NCBI GenBank assembly: GCA_040954595.2
Contig: CM082576.2
Coordinates: forward strand, 18,337,028-18,401,027
Direction: 5' to 3'
DNA length: 64,000 nt
Source of the DNA: Balanoglossus misakiensis
Taxonomy: Eukaryota; Animalia; Hemichordata
In this document: positions 1-10,109 of the stretch, in pieces
Numbering within the stretch: the stretch's first letter is position 1
Layout of the letters: every line of letters starts with the position of its first letter
Program-made: the position numbers and the translations under genes
Notes under the pieces: model-generated
What the model was told of the DNA's origin: nothing
Database searches by the model: none
Seen by the model: only the letters and a program-made list of their open reading frames with translations

Positions 1-3000
1 CAGGTGACACAAGTGACCCCCAACTTAGGCTTTTCAATTGTAGTCCCAACCATGCAAACGCCAAGTCTGTACCTGCTCAGGATGCCAAGATATAGGAAAG
101 TAGGTCAAAGGTCAACTAAGGTCACCCAAAATGTGGGCAAGAAATTTTGACCCCATACTGGTCCATGTCTCACAAGAACAAAACCTCTAGCCCTAATAGT
201 TACCCCGGAATTAGGTATGCACATAATTCATGAGTTCACGCAGGTGTTACAGGTGAGCCAAAATTTTGCCTGTTATTTTGGTCCCATTGTGCTCACTGGC
301 CAATAGACAGTCACTGTACAGGATCGTCGCACAGACCAGATGAATTCCACACTAAGACGTGTACATAGCTTAACTATAGAGGTATAAGTAAAGGTATAAA
401 TTTAATGTAAAAAATTAATATAAAAAAATCAGTCGATTTTTCATATTATTTTTTTTCGCTGCAAATGATTGACAAATTCTAGGGTAGCTGCACACCAAAG
501 TTGGAGATGATCGGCCTAACAGATTTTGAGATATGTATGCGTATTTAGCCAAAATAATATGTGGTCATAGCTTTACTATGTAAAGTATAGGCCCATGGCT
601 TGGGCGAAAAATATGGAAAATAATACTTAAAAATCTTCTTCTCGAAATTGACATGGCCTATAGCCTTGACATTTGGCATGTACAACCCTGGCCAGATGGT
701 CTACAAAGTATGTTAACAGAATTTTGATATGTCCATTCATATGCAAATTAGGCCAAAATTAAAATTGTGCCCATATATGGTCATCAGGTCACGTGACTTA
801 TTAAACATTCACAAGGGTACTGCACCAGCTCTCATTGGCCTGCACCATTGTGCCAACTTTGAAATTTGTAGGTTCAGCCGTTTTCCGGATCTAGCTGGCC
901 GAAAAAACTACACAAGAAAAAAAAAGAAGAAGAAGAAGAAGTAGAAGAAATATAGCTGCAAGCAGCAATGGCGGGCCCAAGCCAACATAGCACATAGCAA
1001 CATAGCAATAAGCATATCTGCTCTGGATGCCAAGATATGGAAAAGTAGGTCAAAGGTCACCTGAGGTCATCCAAAATTTGGGCGAGAAATTTTGACCCTA
1101 TACTGGTCCATGTTCATCAAAAACCAAACCTATAGCCCTATTGGTTAGCCTGGAATTAGGTATGCACATAATTAATGAGGTAGGCAGGTGTCACAGGTGA
1201 CCCCCCAATTTGGCTTTTCAATTTTAGTCCCAACCCTCCAAACGCCAAGTCTGTACCTGCTCTCGATGCCAAGATCTGGTAAAGTAGGTCAAAGGTCACC
1301 TGAGGTCATGCAAAATTTGGGCAAGAAATTTTGACCCTATACTGGTCCACGTTCAACAAAAACAAAACGTATAGCCCTATTGGTTAGCCTGGAATTAGGT
1401 ATGCACATAATTAATGAGATATGCAGGTGTCACAGGTGACCCCTATTTTGGCTTTTCAACTTTAGTCCCAACCCTCCAAACGCCAAGTCTGTACCTGCTG
1501 TGGATGCCGAGATATAGGAAAGTAGGTCATAGGTCACCTGAGGTCACCCCAAATTTGGGCAAGAAATTTTGACCCTATACTGGTCCATGTCCCACAAGAA
1601 CGAAACCTCTAGCCCTCTTAGTTAGCTCAGAATTAGGTATGCACATAATTAATGAGTTAAGCAGGTGTTACAGGTGAGCCTAAAATTGTGCCTTCTATTT
1701 TGGTGCCATTGTGCTCACTGACCACAAGACAGTCACTGTACAGGACTATTGCACAGACCAGAATTCCACAATAAGACATGGACATAGCTTAACCATAGAG
1801 GTATAATTAAAGGTATAAATTTCATTAAAAAATTAATATAAAAAAATCGGTCGATTTTTCATACTATTTTTTTTTGCTTAAAATTATTGACAAATGCTAT
1901 GCTAACTGCACACCAAAGTTGGAGATGATTGGCCAAACAGATTTTGAGATATGTATGCATATTTATCCAAAATAGTATGTGGTCTTAGCTTTACTATGGA
2001 AAGTATAGGCCCATGGCTTGGTCAAAAAATATGAAAAATAATACTTAAAAATCTTCTTCTCAAAATTGGCATGGCCAATGGCCTTGACATTTGGCATGTA
2101 GAACTCTGGCCATATGGTCCACAAAGTATGTTAACAGAATTTTGATATGTCAATGCATATGCAAATTAGGCCAATTTGAAAATTTTGCCCATATATGGTC
2201 ATCAGGTCACGTGACTTATTAAACATTCACAAGGGTACTGCACCAGCTCTCATTGGCCTGCACCATTGCGCCAACTTTGAAATTTGTAGGTTCAGCCGTT
2301 TTCCAGATCTAGCTGACAAAAAAAACGACAGAAGAAGAAGAAGTAGAAGAATATAGCTGCAAGCAGCAATAGCGGGCCCAAGCCAACATAGCACACAGCA
2401 ACATAGCAATAAGCATATCTGCACTTGATGCCAAGATATGGTAAAGTAGGTGAAAGGTCAACTGAGGTCATGTTATATTTAGGCAAGAAATTTTTACCCT
2501 ATACTGGTCCATGTTCAACAAAAACCAAACCTATAGCCCTATTGGTTAGCCTGGAATTAGGTATGCACATAATTAATGAGGTAGGCAGGTGTCACAGGTG
2601 ACCCCCAATTTTGGCTTTTCAATTTTAGTCCAACCCTCCAAACCCCAAGTCTGTACCTGCTCTGGATGCCAAGATCTGGTAAAGTAGGTCAAAGGTCACC
2701 TGAGGTCATGCAAAATTTGGGCAAGAAATTTTAACCCTATACTGGTCCATGTTTAAGAAAAACTAAACCTATAGCCCTATTGGTTAGCCTGGAATTAGAT
2801 ATGCACATAATTAATAAGGTAGGCAGGTGTCACAGGTGACCCCCAATTTTGGCTTTTCAATTTTAGTCCCAACCCTCCAAACACCAAGTCTGTACTTGCT
2901 CTGGATGCCAAGATCTGGTAAAGTAGGTCAAAGGTCACCTGAGGTCATGCAAAATTTTGGCAAGAAATGTTGACCCTATACTGGTCCATATCCAACAACA

Positions 3001-5087
3001 ACGAAACCTCTAGCCCTCTTAGTTAGCCCAGAATTAGGTATGCACATAATTAATGAGTTAAGCAGGTGTTACAGGTGAGCCCAAAATTTTGCCTGTTATT
3101 TTGGTCCCATTGTGCTCACTGCCCAATACACAGTCACTGTACAGGACTGTTGCACAGACCAGAATTCCACACTAAGACGTGTAATGTTCATAGCTTTACT
3201 ATAGAGGTATAAGTAAAAAGGTATAAATTTAATTAAAAAAATTTATATAAAAAAATCGGTCGATTTTTCATATTATTTTTTTTTCGCTTAAAATGATTGA
3301 CAAATGCTAGGCTAGCTGCACACCAAAGTTTGAGATGATCAGCCTAACAGATTTTGAGGTATGTATGCATATTTATCCAAAATAATATGTGGTCATAGCT
3401 TTACTATGTAAAGTATAGGCTGATGGCTTGGGCGAAAAATATATAAAATAATACCTAAAAATCTTCTTCTCAAAATTGACATGGCTTATGGCCTTGACAT
3501 TTGGCATGTAGAACCCTGGCCATATGGTCCACAAAGCATCTGAACAGAATTTTGATATCTCCATTCATATGCAAATTAGGCCAAATTGAAAATTTTGCCC
3601 ATATATGGTCATCAGGTCACATGACTAATTACACATTCACAAGGGTACTGCACAAGCTCTCATAGGCCTGCACCATTGTGCCAAATGTGAGATTTGTAGG
3701 TACAGCCGTTTTCAAGATCTAGCTGGACAAAAAAACGACACAAGAAGAAGAAGAAGAAGTAGAAGAAAAAACCCAGTAATACCAATAGGGCCCAAGCCTG
3801 CTGGGCTTGGGCCCTAAATATAGCTGCAAGCTGCAATAGTGGGCCCAAGCCAACATATCACATAGCACATAGCAACATAGCAATAAGCATATCTGCTCTG
3901 GATGCCAAGATATGGTTAAGTAGGTCAAAGGTCACCTGAGGTCATGCAAAATTTGGGCAAGAAATTTTGACCCTATACTGGTCCATGTTCAACAAAAACC
4001 AAACCTATAGCCCTATTGGTTAGCCTGGAATTAGGTATGCACATAATTAATGAGGTAGGCAGGTGTCACAGGTGATCCCCAATTTTGGCTTTTCAATTTT
4101 AGTCCCAACCCTCCAAACGCCAAGTCTGTACCTGCTCTGGATGCCAAGATCTGGTAAAGTAGGTCAAAGGTCACCTGAGGTCACCCAAAATTTGGGCAAG
4201 AAATTTTGACCCTATACTGGTCCATGTCCCACAAGAACGAAACCTCTAGCCCTCTTCGTTAGCCCAGAATTAGGTATGCACATAATTAATGAGTTAAGCA
4301 GGTGTTACAGGTGAGCCTAAAATTTTGCCTTTTATTTTGGTGCCATTGTGCTCACTGACCAATAGATAGTCACTGTACAAGACTATTGCACAGACCAGAA
4401 TTCCACAATAAGACATGGACATAGCTTAACCATAGAGGTATAAATAAAGGTATAAATTTAATAAAAAAATTAATATAAAAAAATCGGTCGATTTTTCAAA
4501 TTACTTTTTTCCGCTTAAAATTATTGACAAATGCTAGGCTAGCTGCACACCAAAGTTGGAGATGATCGGCCTAACAGATTTTGAGATATGTATGCATATT
4601 TATCCAAAATAATATGTTGTCATAGCTTAACTATGTAAAGTATAGGCACATGGCTTGGGCGAAAAATATGAAAAATAATACTTAAAAATCTTCTTCTCAA
4701 AATTGACATGGCCTATGGCCTTGACATTTGGCATGTAGAACCCTGGCCATGTGGTCCACAAAGCATCTGAACAGAATTTTGATATCTCAATTCATATGCA
4801 AATTAGGCCGATTTGAAAATTTTGCCCATATATGGTCATCAGGTCACATGACTTATTAAACATTCACAAGGGTACTGCACCAGCTCTCATTGGCCTGCAC
4901 CATTGTGCTAAGTTTGAAATTGGTAGGTTCAGCCGTTCTCCAGATCTACCTGGCCGAAAAAACTACACAAGAAGAAGTAGAAGAAAAAAGCCAACAATAC
5001 CAATAGGGCCCAAGCCTGCTTGGCTTGGGCCCTAAAAATCAGGATAATAACAATAGGGCCCAAGCGCTGCATGCGCTTGGGCCCTAA
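1..5087 (+). repeat. Head-to-tail tandem array of ~1.3-1.5 kb units (Helentron/HINE-like), each with 2-3 internal ~240-bp sub-repeats, a (GAA)n tract and, in some units, a terminal GGGCCCAAGC..GCTTGGGCCC hairpin
   Basis: Units start ATATAGCTGCAAGC at ~950, 2351 and 3818. The sub-repeat CTCTGGATGCCAAGAT recurs at ~240-bp spacing (1021/1261/~1499; 2661/2900; 3895/4135). Hairpins lie at ~3786-3816, ~5004-5034 and ~5054-5086. The array runs off the left edge. The Helentron/HINE assignment is inferred from this architecture. Confidence 0.85.
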
Positions 5088-5555
5088 TTATCGCAAGGTC
5101 ATTCATGCTAATAGGCTTAAACGAGCTTATCTCAGGCCATCAGAGTTTAACTCCTATTTTCATCATCAGAATCAGAAGAGGAGAATGAACCATTGCCACT
5201 CTCGCATACCAACAACCCTCACTTATCTGGTAATGAAATTTCTTCTAGGGTTGAGCAATCAGACATTAATTCACATACACAGAATGATTCACGTCATTCT
5301 TCAGATACGGAATCGGACGATTCCAATTAGCAAGCTAGCGATACTTCGTCTGACTCTTATTACGAAGTTGAAAGAGTCTTTAAAGGACGTTATAGAAATG
5401 GGAAGTTACAGTATTTAATAAAGTGGAAGGGGTATTCAAATAGGAATAATACCTGGGAAGACGAAGAAAACTTAAATGAGGTTGTTAGAAAAGGATTGCA
5501 GAAAAATCCTGTGAAGATAACGGGGAAGCCGATAATAGCGTCTTTCAACATTTAA
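5088..5555 (+). pseudogene. C-terminus of gypsy Pol: integrase tail, acidic linker and chromodomain; disrupted
   Basis: The frame from 5352 reads [43 protein letters not shown], a canonical chromodomain pattern, and stops at TAA 5553-5555. There is a 1-nt frameshift near 5160 and an in-frame TAG at 5328. The ORF track misses this domain. Confidence 0.88.
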
Positions 5556-5799
5556 TGAAAAGTTAGCGCCGTATTTCAGCAGGACCTTGAACCTAGTCAC
5601 TGGAGTGTTTGTTGTAGTATGATAGTACGCGTACGAGGGGGCCCCCGTGTGTTAGAGTGTGTATTAGAGGTGACATAGTTTCTTGACCTGTTGTTTACGT
5701 AACTAAAGAATTTCATTCATGAGAACTTGTTTATGTAACCAAGTATGCCATTGATACAAGTTAATCACTTCATGCCTGGCTATACACACTTGAAGCTGT

Positions 5800-5899
5800 C
5801 CATACTTTATTATTTTTATTCTTTGCTTTGCTTTTCCTTTCTTTATTTTATTGTTTTTCCTAGTTTCCCTATATTTTCTTTTGCATTCGTTACTTTTAG
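5800..5899 (+). promoter_or_regulatory. Splice acceptor for env subgenomic mRNA
   Basis: A ~95-nt polypyrimidine tract ends in TTTTAG (AG at 5898-5899) immediately before the env reading frame, which has no ATG ahead of its signal peptide (the ORF track starts at TTG 5903). Confidence 0.75.
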
Positions 5900-5902
5900 G
5901 CT

Positions 5903-8900
5903 TTGGTGCATGCCCTGATCTTCGTAGCATGTTTCACCTGCCTATTTCAAGTCGCCAGTAGTGTGAATCCAGACTTGGTCGTTCGGCAGAATTTTGGAGT
6001 CATCTTTGAGCCTGTCGCTTTGGTTGAAGTTGCTCATTCCCACTGGCACGTTACCTTCTCGGTACCAAGGTTCAACTTTTCTGGTATAGACGATCTCATT
6101 ACTTCCATGCCTGATGAATATCCCTGTGCAGGACCTACTCTACCTCGATCTTGCTCAATACACGATAGGTCTCTGGAGGCCTATCAGAAAGAAACTGTCC
6201 AATTGCTCAGGGATGCTCATCGGGTTAGACGTGAAATTAATGATGTATTAGGGACAGATGATTTTGAGGATAATCAAAGTTCCCGTTCTAAGAGAGAGGC
6301 TTTTATACCAATTATTGGCAAATTATCTAAGTCCTTATTTGGGACAGCCACGTCAAAAGATGTCGAGATTTTGGCCCAGCACGTACAGCAAGCAGAAACA
6401 ACTGCCAATAAGAACAAACGGTTTATTTTGAATTTTGAAAAGGGATTAAATACCGTTGTTCAACTTACTAATAATAGGATTGATAACTTATGGCAATCTT
6501 TTAGTGAGACTCATAGTACAGTAATGGCCTTGACGTTAACTGTAGAATCATTGAGGGATTATATTAATATGGGGGCTGAGGACCAAGTAATAATAGCAGA
6601 CGAGATTAACTTAATACATGATGTATTAAACCGTAGGACCACATACTTGTTGAGGTTATTATTTCTAGCCGAGGGAAGGTTAGCTGCCTTAAAAACGTTA
6701 GTATTAGGTCATTTGCCTCCTGAGTTGGTCAGCACATCGGACATCCGACAAGCACTTCAATCCATCACTAAATTTCTCGATCGCAAATATCCTCACTTTC
6801 ATATAGCTCATCAACATCCTAAATATTATTATGAACAAGGTCAAATAATGTTTCACCACACAAATGCCAATTTATACATCAAGTTGACCGTTCCATTAAC
6901 CAAGATGGACACCATTCACCAACTGTATAGGGTTTTGTCCTTTCCGGTTCATCTCCCTGATTCCTTTGGTTCCCGACAGCCAGATTCTGTGTTTGATAAT
7001 GGAGTCACTGAGATCCAAGAATTACCTTCATATTTTGCTGTGGCAACTGACGGATCCATTTACTTTGAATTGACAAGTGATCAATTTTCATGTTGTACTG
7101 GTGGTAAGGTGAAGCGGTGCATTACACCTTTTCAAGTCTATAAAAAGGAATTTGATCATTGTAGTTGGCATCTGTTTCAAGACAATGTGACTGGTATAGA
7201 CGCACATTGTCAAACATCATTGACTCTTCTTCCGGAAAAGACATCACGTGTTATTCAACTCACTGAATCTAAGGCTTTGATTGAAGGTTCCACTTATGAT
7301 TGGAAATTCCATTGTAATAATCAATCCATAGTTCCTCTGCGAAAATGCAACTTTTGCATTGTTGACGTTCCTTGTGATTGCAAATTACATTCCGCTGATT
7401 TATATTTACCTGCTGTAATTACAACTTGTCAGCCGAACTCTTCTATTTCGGTGGTTCATGCAGCCAATATTGTCTATCTTAACTCTTTCTATCCTATGAA
7501 AGCCCTTGGTAACTTCTCTGGTATTTCTACTTTTAATAAGCCTTGGATCACACAACTTCCTAATGCATTGGTATTGCAACAGCAATGGAATCGTTCTCTA
7601 ATGGTCGACAAGAATATTAAGGTTGACTTAAAAAGGGCAGCTCAAGTTATCAAAGACCATGAACAAGCGTTCATTAGCCCTATAGATGAGGCTGCCTTCT
7701 CTTATGATTGGACAGACATATTAACCAATTCCTTTTCTATGAAACTTGCAATTCCTGCAGTTGTTGTTATAGGACTATCTTTACTATTCCATATCTATCT
7801 CTTTCTCCGCATACGAAAGTTGGCACTTGCTGTAATGATATTGAAAGTACCCAAAGTGGTTCATGCTGCCACCCCACCACAATTTCTCTATTGGGACACA
7901 ACCAACATGCCTGTCACAGATTGGATTACTCCGTTTGACTTCGCCTCACACCTTTCTGTTGACTTGCAGACGCTTCGAACTGTTATTCTCGCTATTGTTG
8001 TCCTCGTCATCACATACAAAGTGTTGAAGTTGGCTCTCATACAAGGTCGTAAATACCTTTTCGGGCATTTTGTGAAGAACTCATTCATCTGTCGCAATTC
8101 TCCTAAGGCCAACATTTACTTAGAATTGGCATCCACCACAGACACCATTTTACTTTTCATTGACACCATCCGCTACTCTCCGTGTTCGGTTCGAACGCCA
8201 CCACTCACATCGGATAGTTTGACTATCTCGGAGAAATCATTGTTGTCAAATTATTTGCGGATATCATGGTCTCCACTGCAGGTTATTCAGTGTGACGGTG
8301 CTAGTCCTTTGATCACCAATGATTTGGAATTGAAAAGTAAAATACGTCTCCCATACTTCACTTATCGCCAACTAAGGTCGCTTCCATTACCCTCCCTTCG
8401 TCTACGCCTCTTAGCGGGTTATTCTCAACATTCCATCTACTCTGAGATTAAAATCATTGATTCTCAAACCCCTACTTCTAGGTTGCAGACTGTTCACCTA
8501 GAATTACTTGAAATAAGTCGAGAAATTGCCCATCTCCGACGAGCTTTCGGCATTTTGCCACCAGCTTGTCACTCAGTTTCTGACCTAGAGAGTGATGTTA
8601 CACCTTTCCACTACGGACACGACGACGAACCCAACATCCATAGACAGCGACGGAAAATCCAACGTCGCATCCCCAAACATCTAAAATACCCTGAAGAGGT
8701 ACTTGACAAACCACGATACCGCAATGTATCAACTGACGATACAGACGACGACAAAGACGGTCACTCTTATCGGAATAGAACAACCCACAAGGCTCAAATA
8801 GGTATAGTCAAAATAGAATCGGAAGTCCAACCTACGAAAGGTTATAGAAATTTGCCATTTATTGAAGAGGGGCCACTCCCTCCACCTCCTCCGCCACCTC

Positions 8901-9070
8901 CACCCCCTCTACCACCAAAAACGTCCGCTTCTGTTTCGGCGGTTGCCTCTAAAACTTCTCGTGTAAGGGAAACTAAGGACGTCAAATTAAAAGTCCACAT
9001 TCCCATGGAGAGGAAAGATACTAGTCGTAGTGTACGGGACGCCATGATTGAGTACGGCTCACCCCCTTAA
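5903..9070 (+). CDS. env: Envelope glycoprotein, class I fusion protein of baculovirus-F/errantivirus Env type, with extended C-terminal region
   Basis: Uninterrupted 1055 codons. Hydrophobic signal peptide; furin site RSKR (6284-6295) followed by fusion-peptide motif EAFIPIIGKLSKSLFGTATSKD; heptad region; Cys-rich ectodomain with N-glycosylation sequons; TM LAIPAVVVIGLSLLFHIYLFL (~7745-7810). It lies between pol and the 3' LTR. Confidence 0.9.
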   Translation: MVHALIFVACFTCLFQVASSVNPDLVVRQNFGVIFEPVALVEVAHSHWHVTFSVPRFNFSGIDDLITSMPDEYPCAGPTLPRSCSIHDRSLEAYQKETVQLLRDAHRVRREINDVLGTDDFEDNQSSRSKREAFIPIIGKLSKSLFGTATSKDVEILAQHVQQAETTANKNKRFILNFEKGLNTVVQLTNNRIDNLWQSFSETHSTVMALTLTVESLRDYINMGAEDQVIIADEINLIHDVLNRRTTYLLRLLFLAEGRLAALKTLVLGHLPPELVSTSDIRQALQSITKFLDRKYPHFHIAHQHPKYYYEQGQIMFHHTNANLYIKLTVPLTKMDTIHQLYRVLSFPVHLPDSFGSRQPDSVFDNGVTEIQELPSYFAVATDGSIYFELTSDQFSCCTGGKVKRCITPFQVYKKEFDHCSWHLFQDNVTGIDAHCQTSLTLLPEKTSRVIQLTESKALIEGSTYDWKFHCNNQSIVPLRKCNFCIVDVPCDCKLHSADLYLPAVITTCQPNSSISVVHAANIVYLNSFYPMKALGNFSGISTFNKPWITQLPNALVLQQQWNRSLMVDKNIKVDLKRAAQVIKDHEQAFISPIDEAAFSYDWTDILTNSFSMKLAIPAVVVIGLSLLFHIYLFLRIRKLALAVMILKVPKVVHAATPPQFLYWDTTNMPVTDWITPFDFASHLSVDLQTLRTVILAIVVLVITYKVLKLALIQGRKYLFGHFVKNSFICRNSPKANIYLELASTTDTILLFIDTIRYSPCSVRTPPLTSDSLTISEKSLLSNYLRISWSPLQVIQCDGASPLITNDLELKSKIRLPYFTYRQLRSLPLPSLRLRLLAGYSQHSIYSEIKIIDSQTPTSRLQTVHLELLEISREIAHLRRAFGILPPACHSVSDLESDVTPFHYGHDDEPNIHRQRRKIQRRIPKHLKYPEEVLDKPRYRNVSTDDTDDDKDGHSYRNRTTHKAQIGIVKIESEVQPTKGYRNLPFIEEGPLPPPPPPPPPPLPPKTSASVSAVASKTSRVRETKDVKLKVHIPMERKDTSRSVRDAMIEYGSPP

Positions 9071-9389
9071 AGAGAAAGTATAACGGTATTAACTATAAGT
9101 TAAAACAAGACTAACGATAACAAAAGATGGAATATATGAATATATGAAAAGACTAAGGACGAGAAATTAAAATTTGTTTTTACTTAACGAGTAGGGCGCC
9201 ATAGAAATTAGCTTAGTTTTTTTACATATATACGTATTTTATATTAACCTTGTGCACATGTGTGTGTTTTGCTTATATCCGCTTCGTTTATGTATTTTTT
9301 ACTTTTTCATTTTTACTGAGATTTGTATTCTTCATTGAGTATTTTTTTGTAACGATCAATGCGGGTCGCATTGCTTTAAATGAAGGGAG

Positions 9390-10109
9390 TGTTACGATAT
9401 ATAAAAATAGGAAAATTAAGAATTTCGCTCATAATAAAGAATTGTAATTTCTATGATTAATTTCCAATTAGATTAGTAACTCTGTGTATAGAGGTCAATA
9501 ACTCCATGTATAGAGGTCAAATACTTTTAGGTAAGACATTAATTAATAGCCACAACATTTAATTACCTTGGAGATATCGAGTACCTTACAAATAATGAGA
9601 CCTGGGAATTTCAATCAACGAATGAGTTTTACTTACATATTTTACGTAATGTACCTCTATATTATTAAAATACGAGGGAGGAGATGTTTGCATACGATGG
9701 TTGCTAGTCCTTGTATTTGATCACCTTCAGTTGGTCGTGATCTTGACAGACATAATTTCTTCTTTGAGAACCGACAGCCAATCCGAAGGATATTTCAGTG
9801 TGTAATAATTTTGTAATTAGACGATCAAGAATATGCCGATGTGTTGTAAAGTTGTAATTGGACAATGAGAATCACGCTATGATGAATCTTTGATTTCTCT
9901 TCTTTCTCAAAGACATATAAACTCTGTAATTTCTTGCTTTTAGGTAGAACAACCATCTTGCAGACAACCGTGTGTTGTAAAGCCTTTGCACCAGAAATAA
10001 AGCATTCTGACTCCCACTACTTCCAGTCTCAACGAGTCTCTACTTTGGTAGATCCTGTACACCTCTTTGCTACTGCAAAGTTAGAGTACCATCTGGTCCA
10101 GCCGTAACA
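9390..10109 (+). repeat. 3' LTR (720 bp) of the env-bearing gypsy element
   Basis: 7-bp terminal inverted repeat TGTTACG/CGTAACA; preceded by the PPT; TATA-like CATATAAA at ~9914 and AATAAA at 9996-10001; satellite sequence resumes at 10110. Confidence 0.9.

Larger units (their letters stand above)
5088..10109 (+). mobile_element. 3' half of an env-bearing Ty3/gypsy LTR retrotransposon: integrase tail, chromodomain, env, PPT, 3' LTR
   Basis: Integrase C-terminal motif RKVIHANRLKRAY at ~5090-5130, then a chromodomain and the env ORF. A purine tract (AAATGAAGGGAG, 9378-9389) directly precedes the LTR TGTTACG...CGTAACA. Confidence 0.9.

Noticed and set aside
729-5035. Recurrent short ORFs (e.g. 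MVIRSRDLLNIHKGTAPAL) in array A
   Set aside because: By-products of the tandem repeat; frames and stops vary between units and there is no domain signal.
5637-5646. GGGGGCCCCC palindrome as an RNA dimerisation signal
   Set aside because: It lies between pol and env rather than in a 5' leader, and is too short to support a claim.
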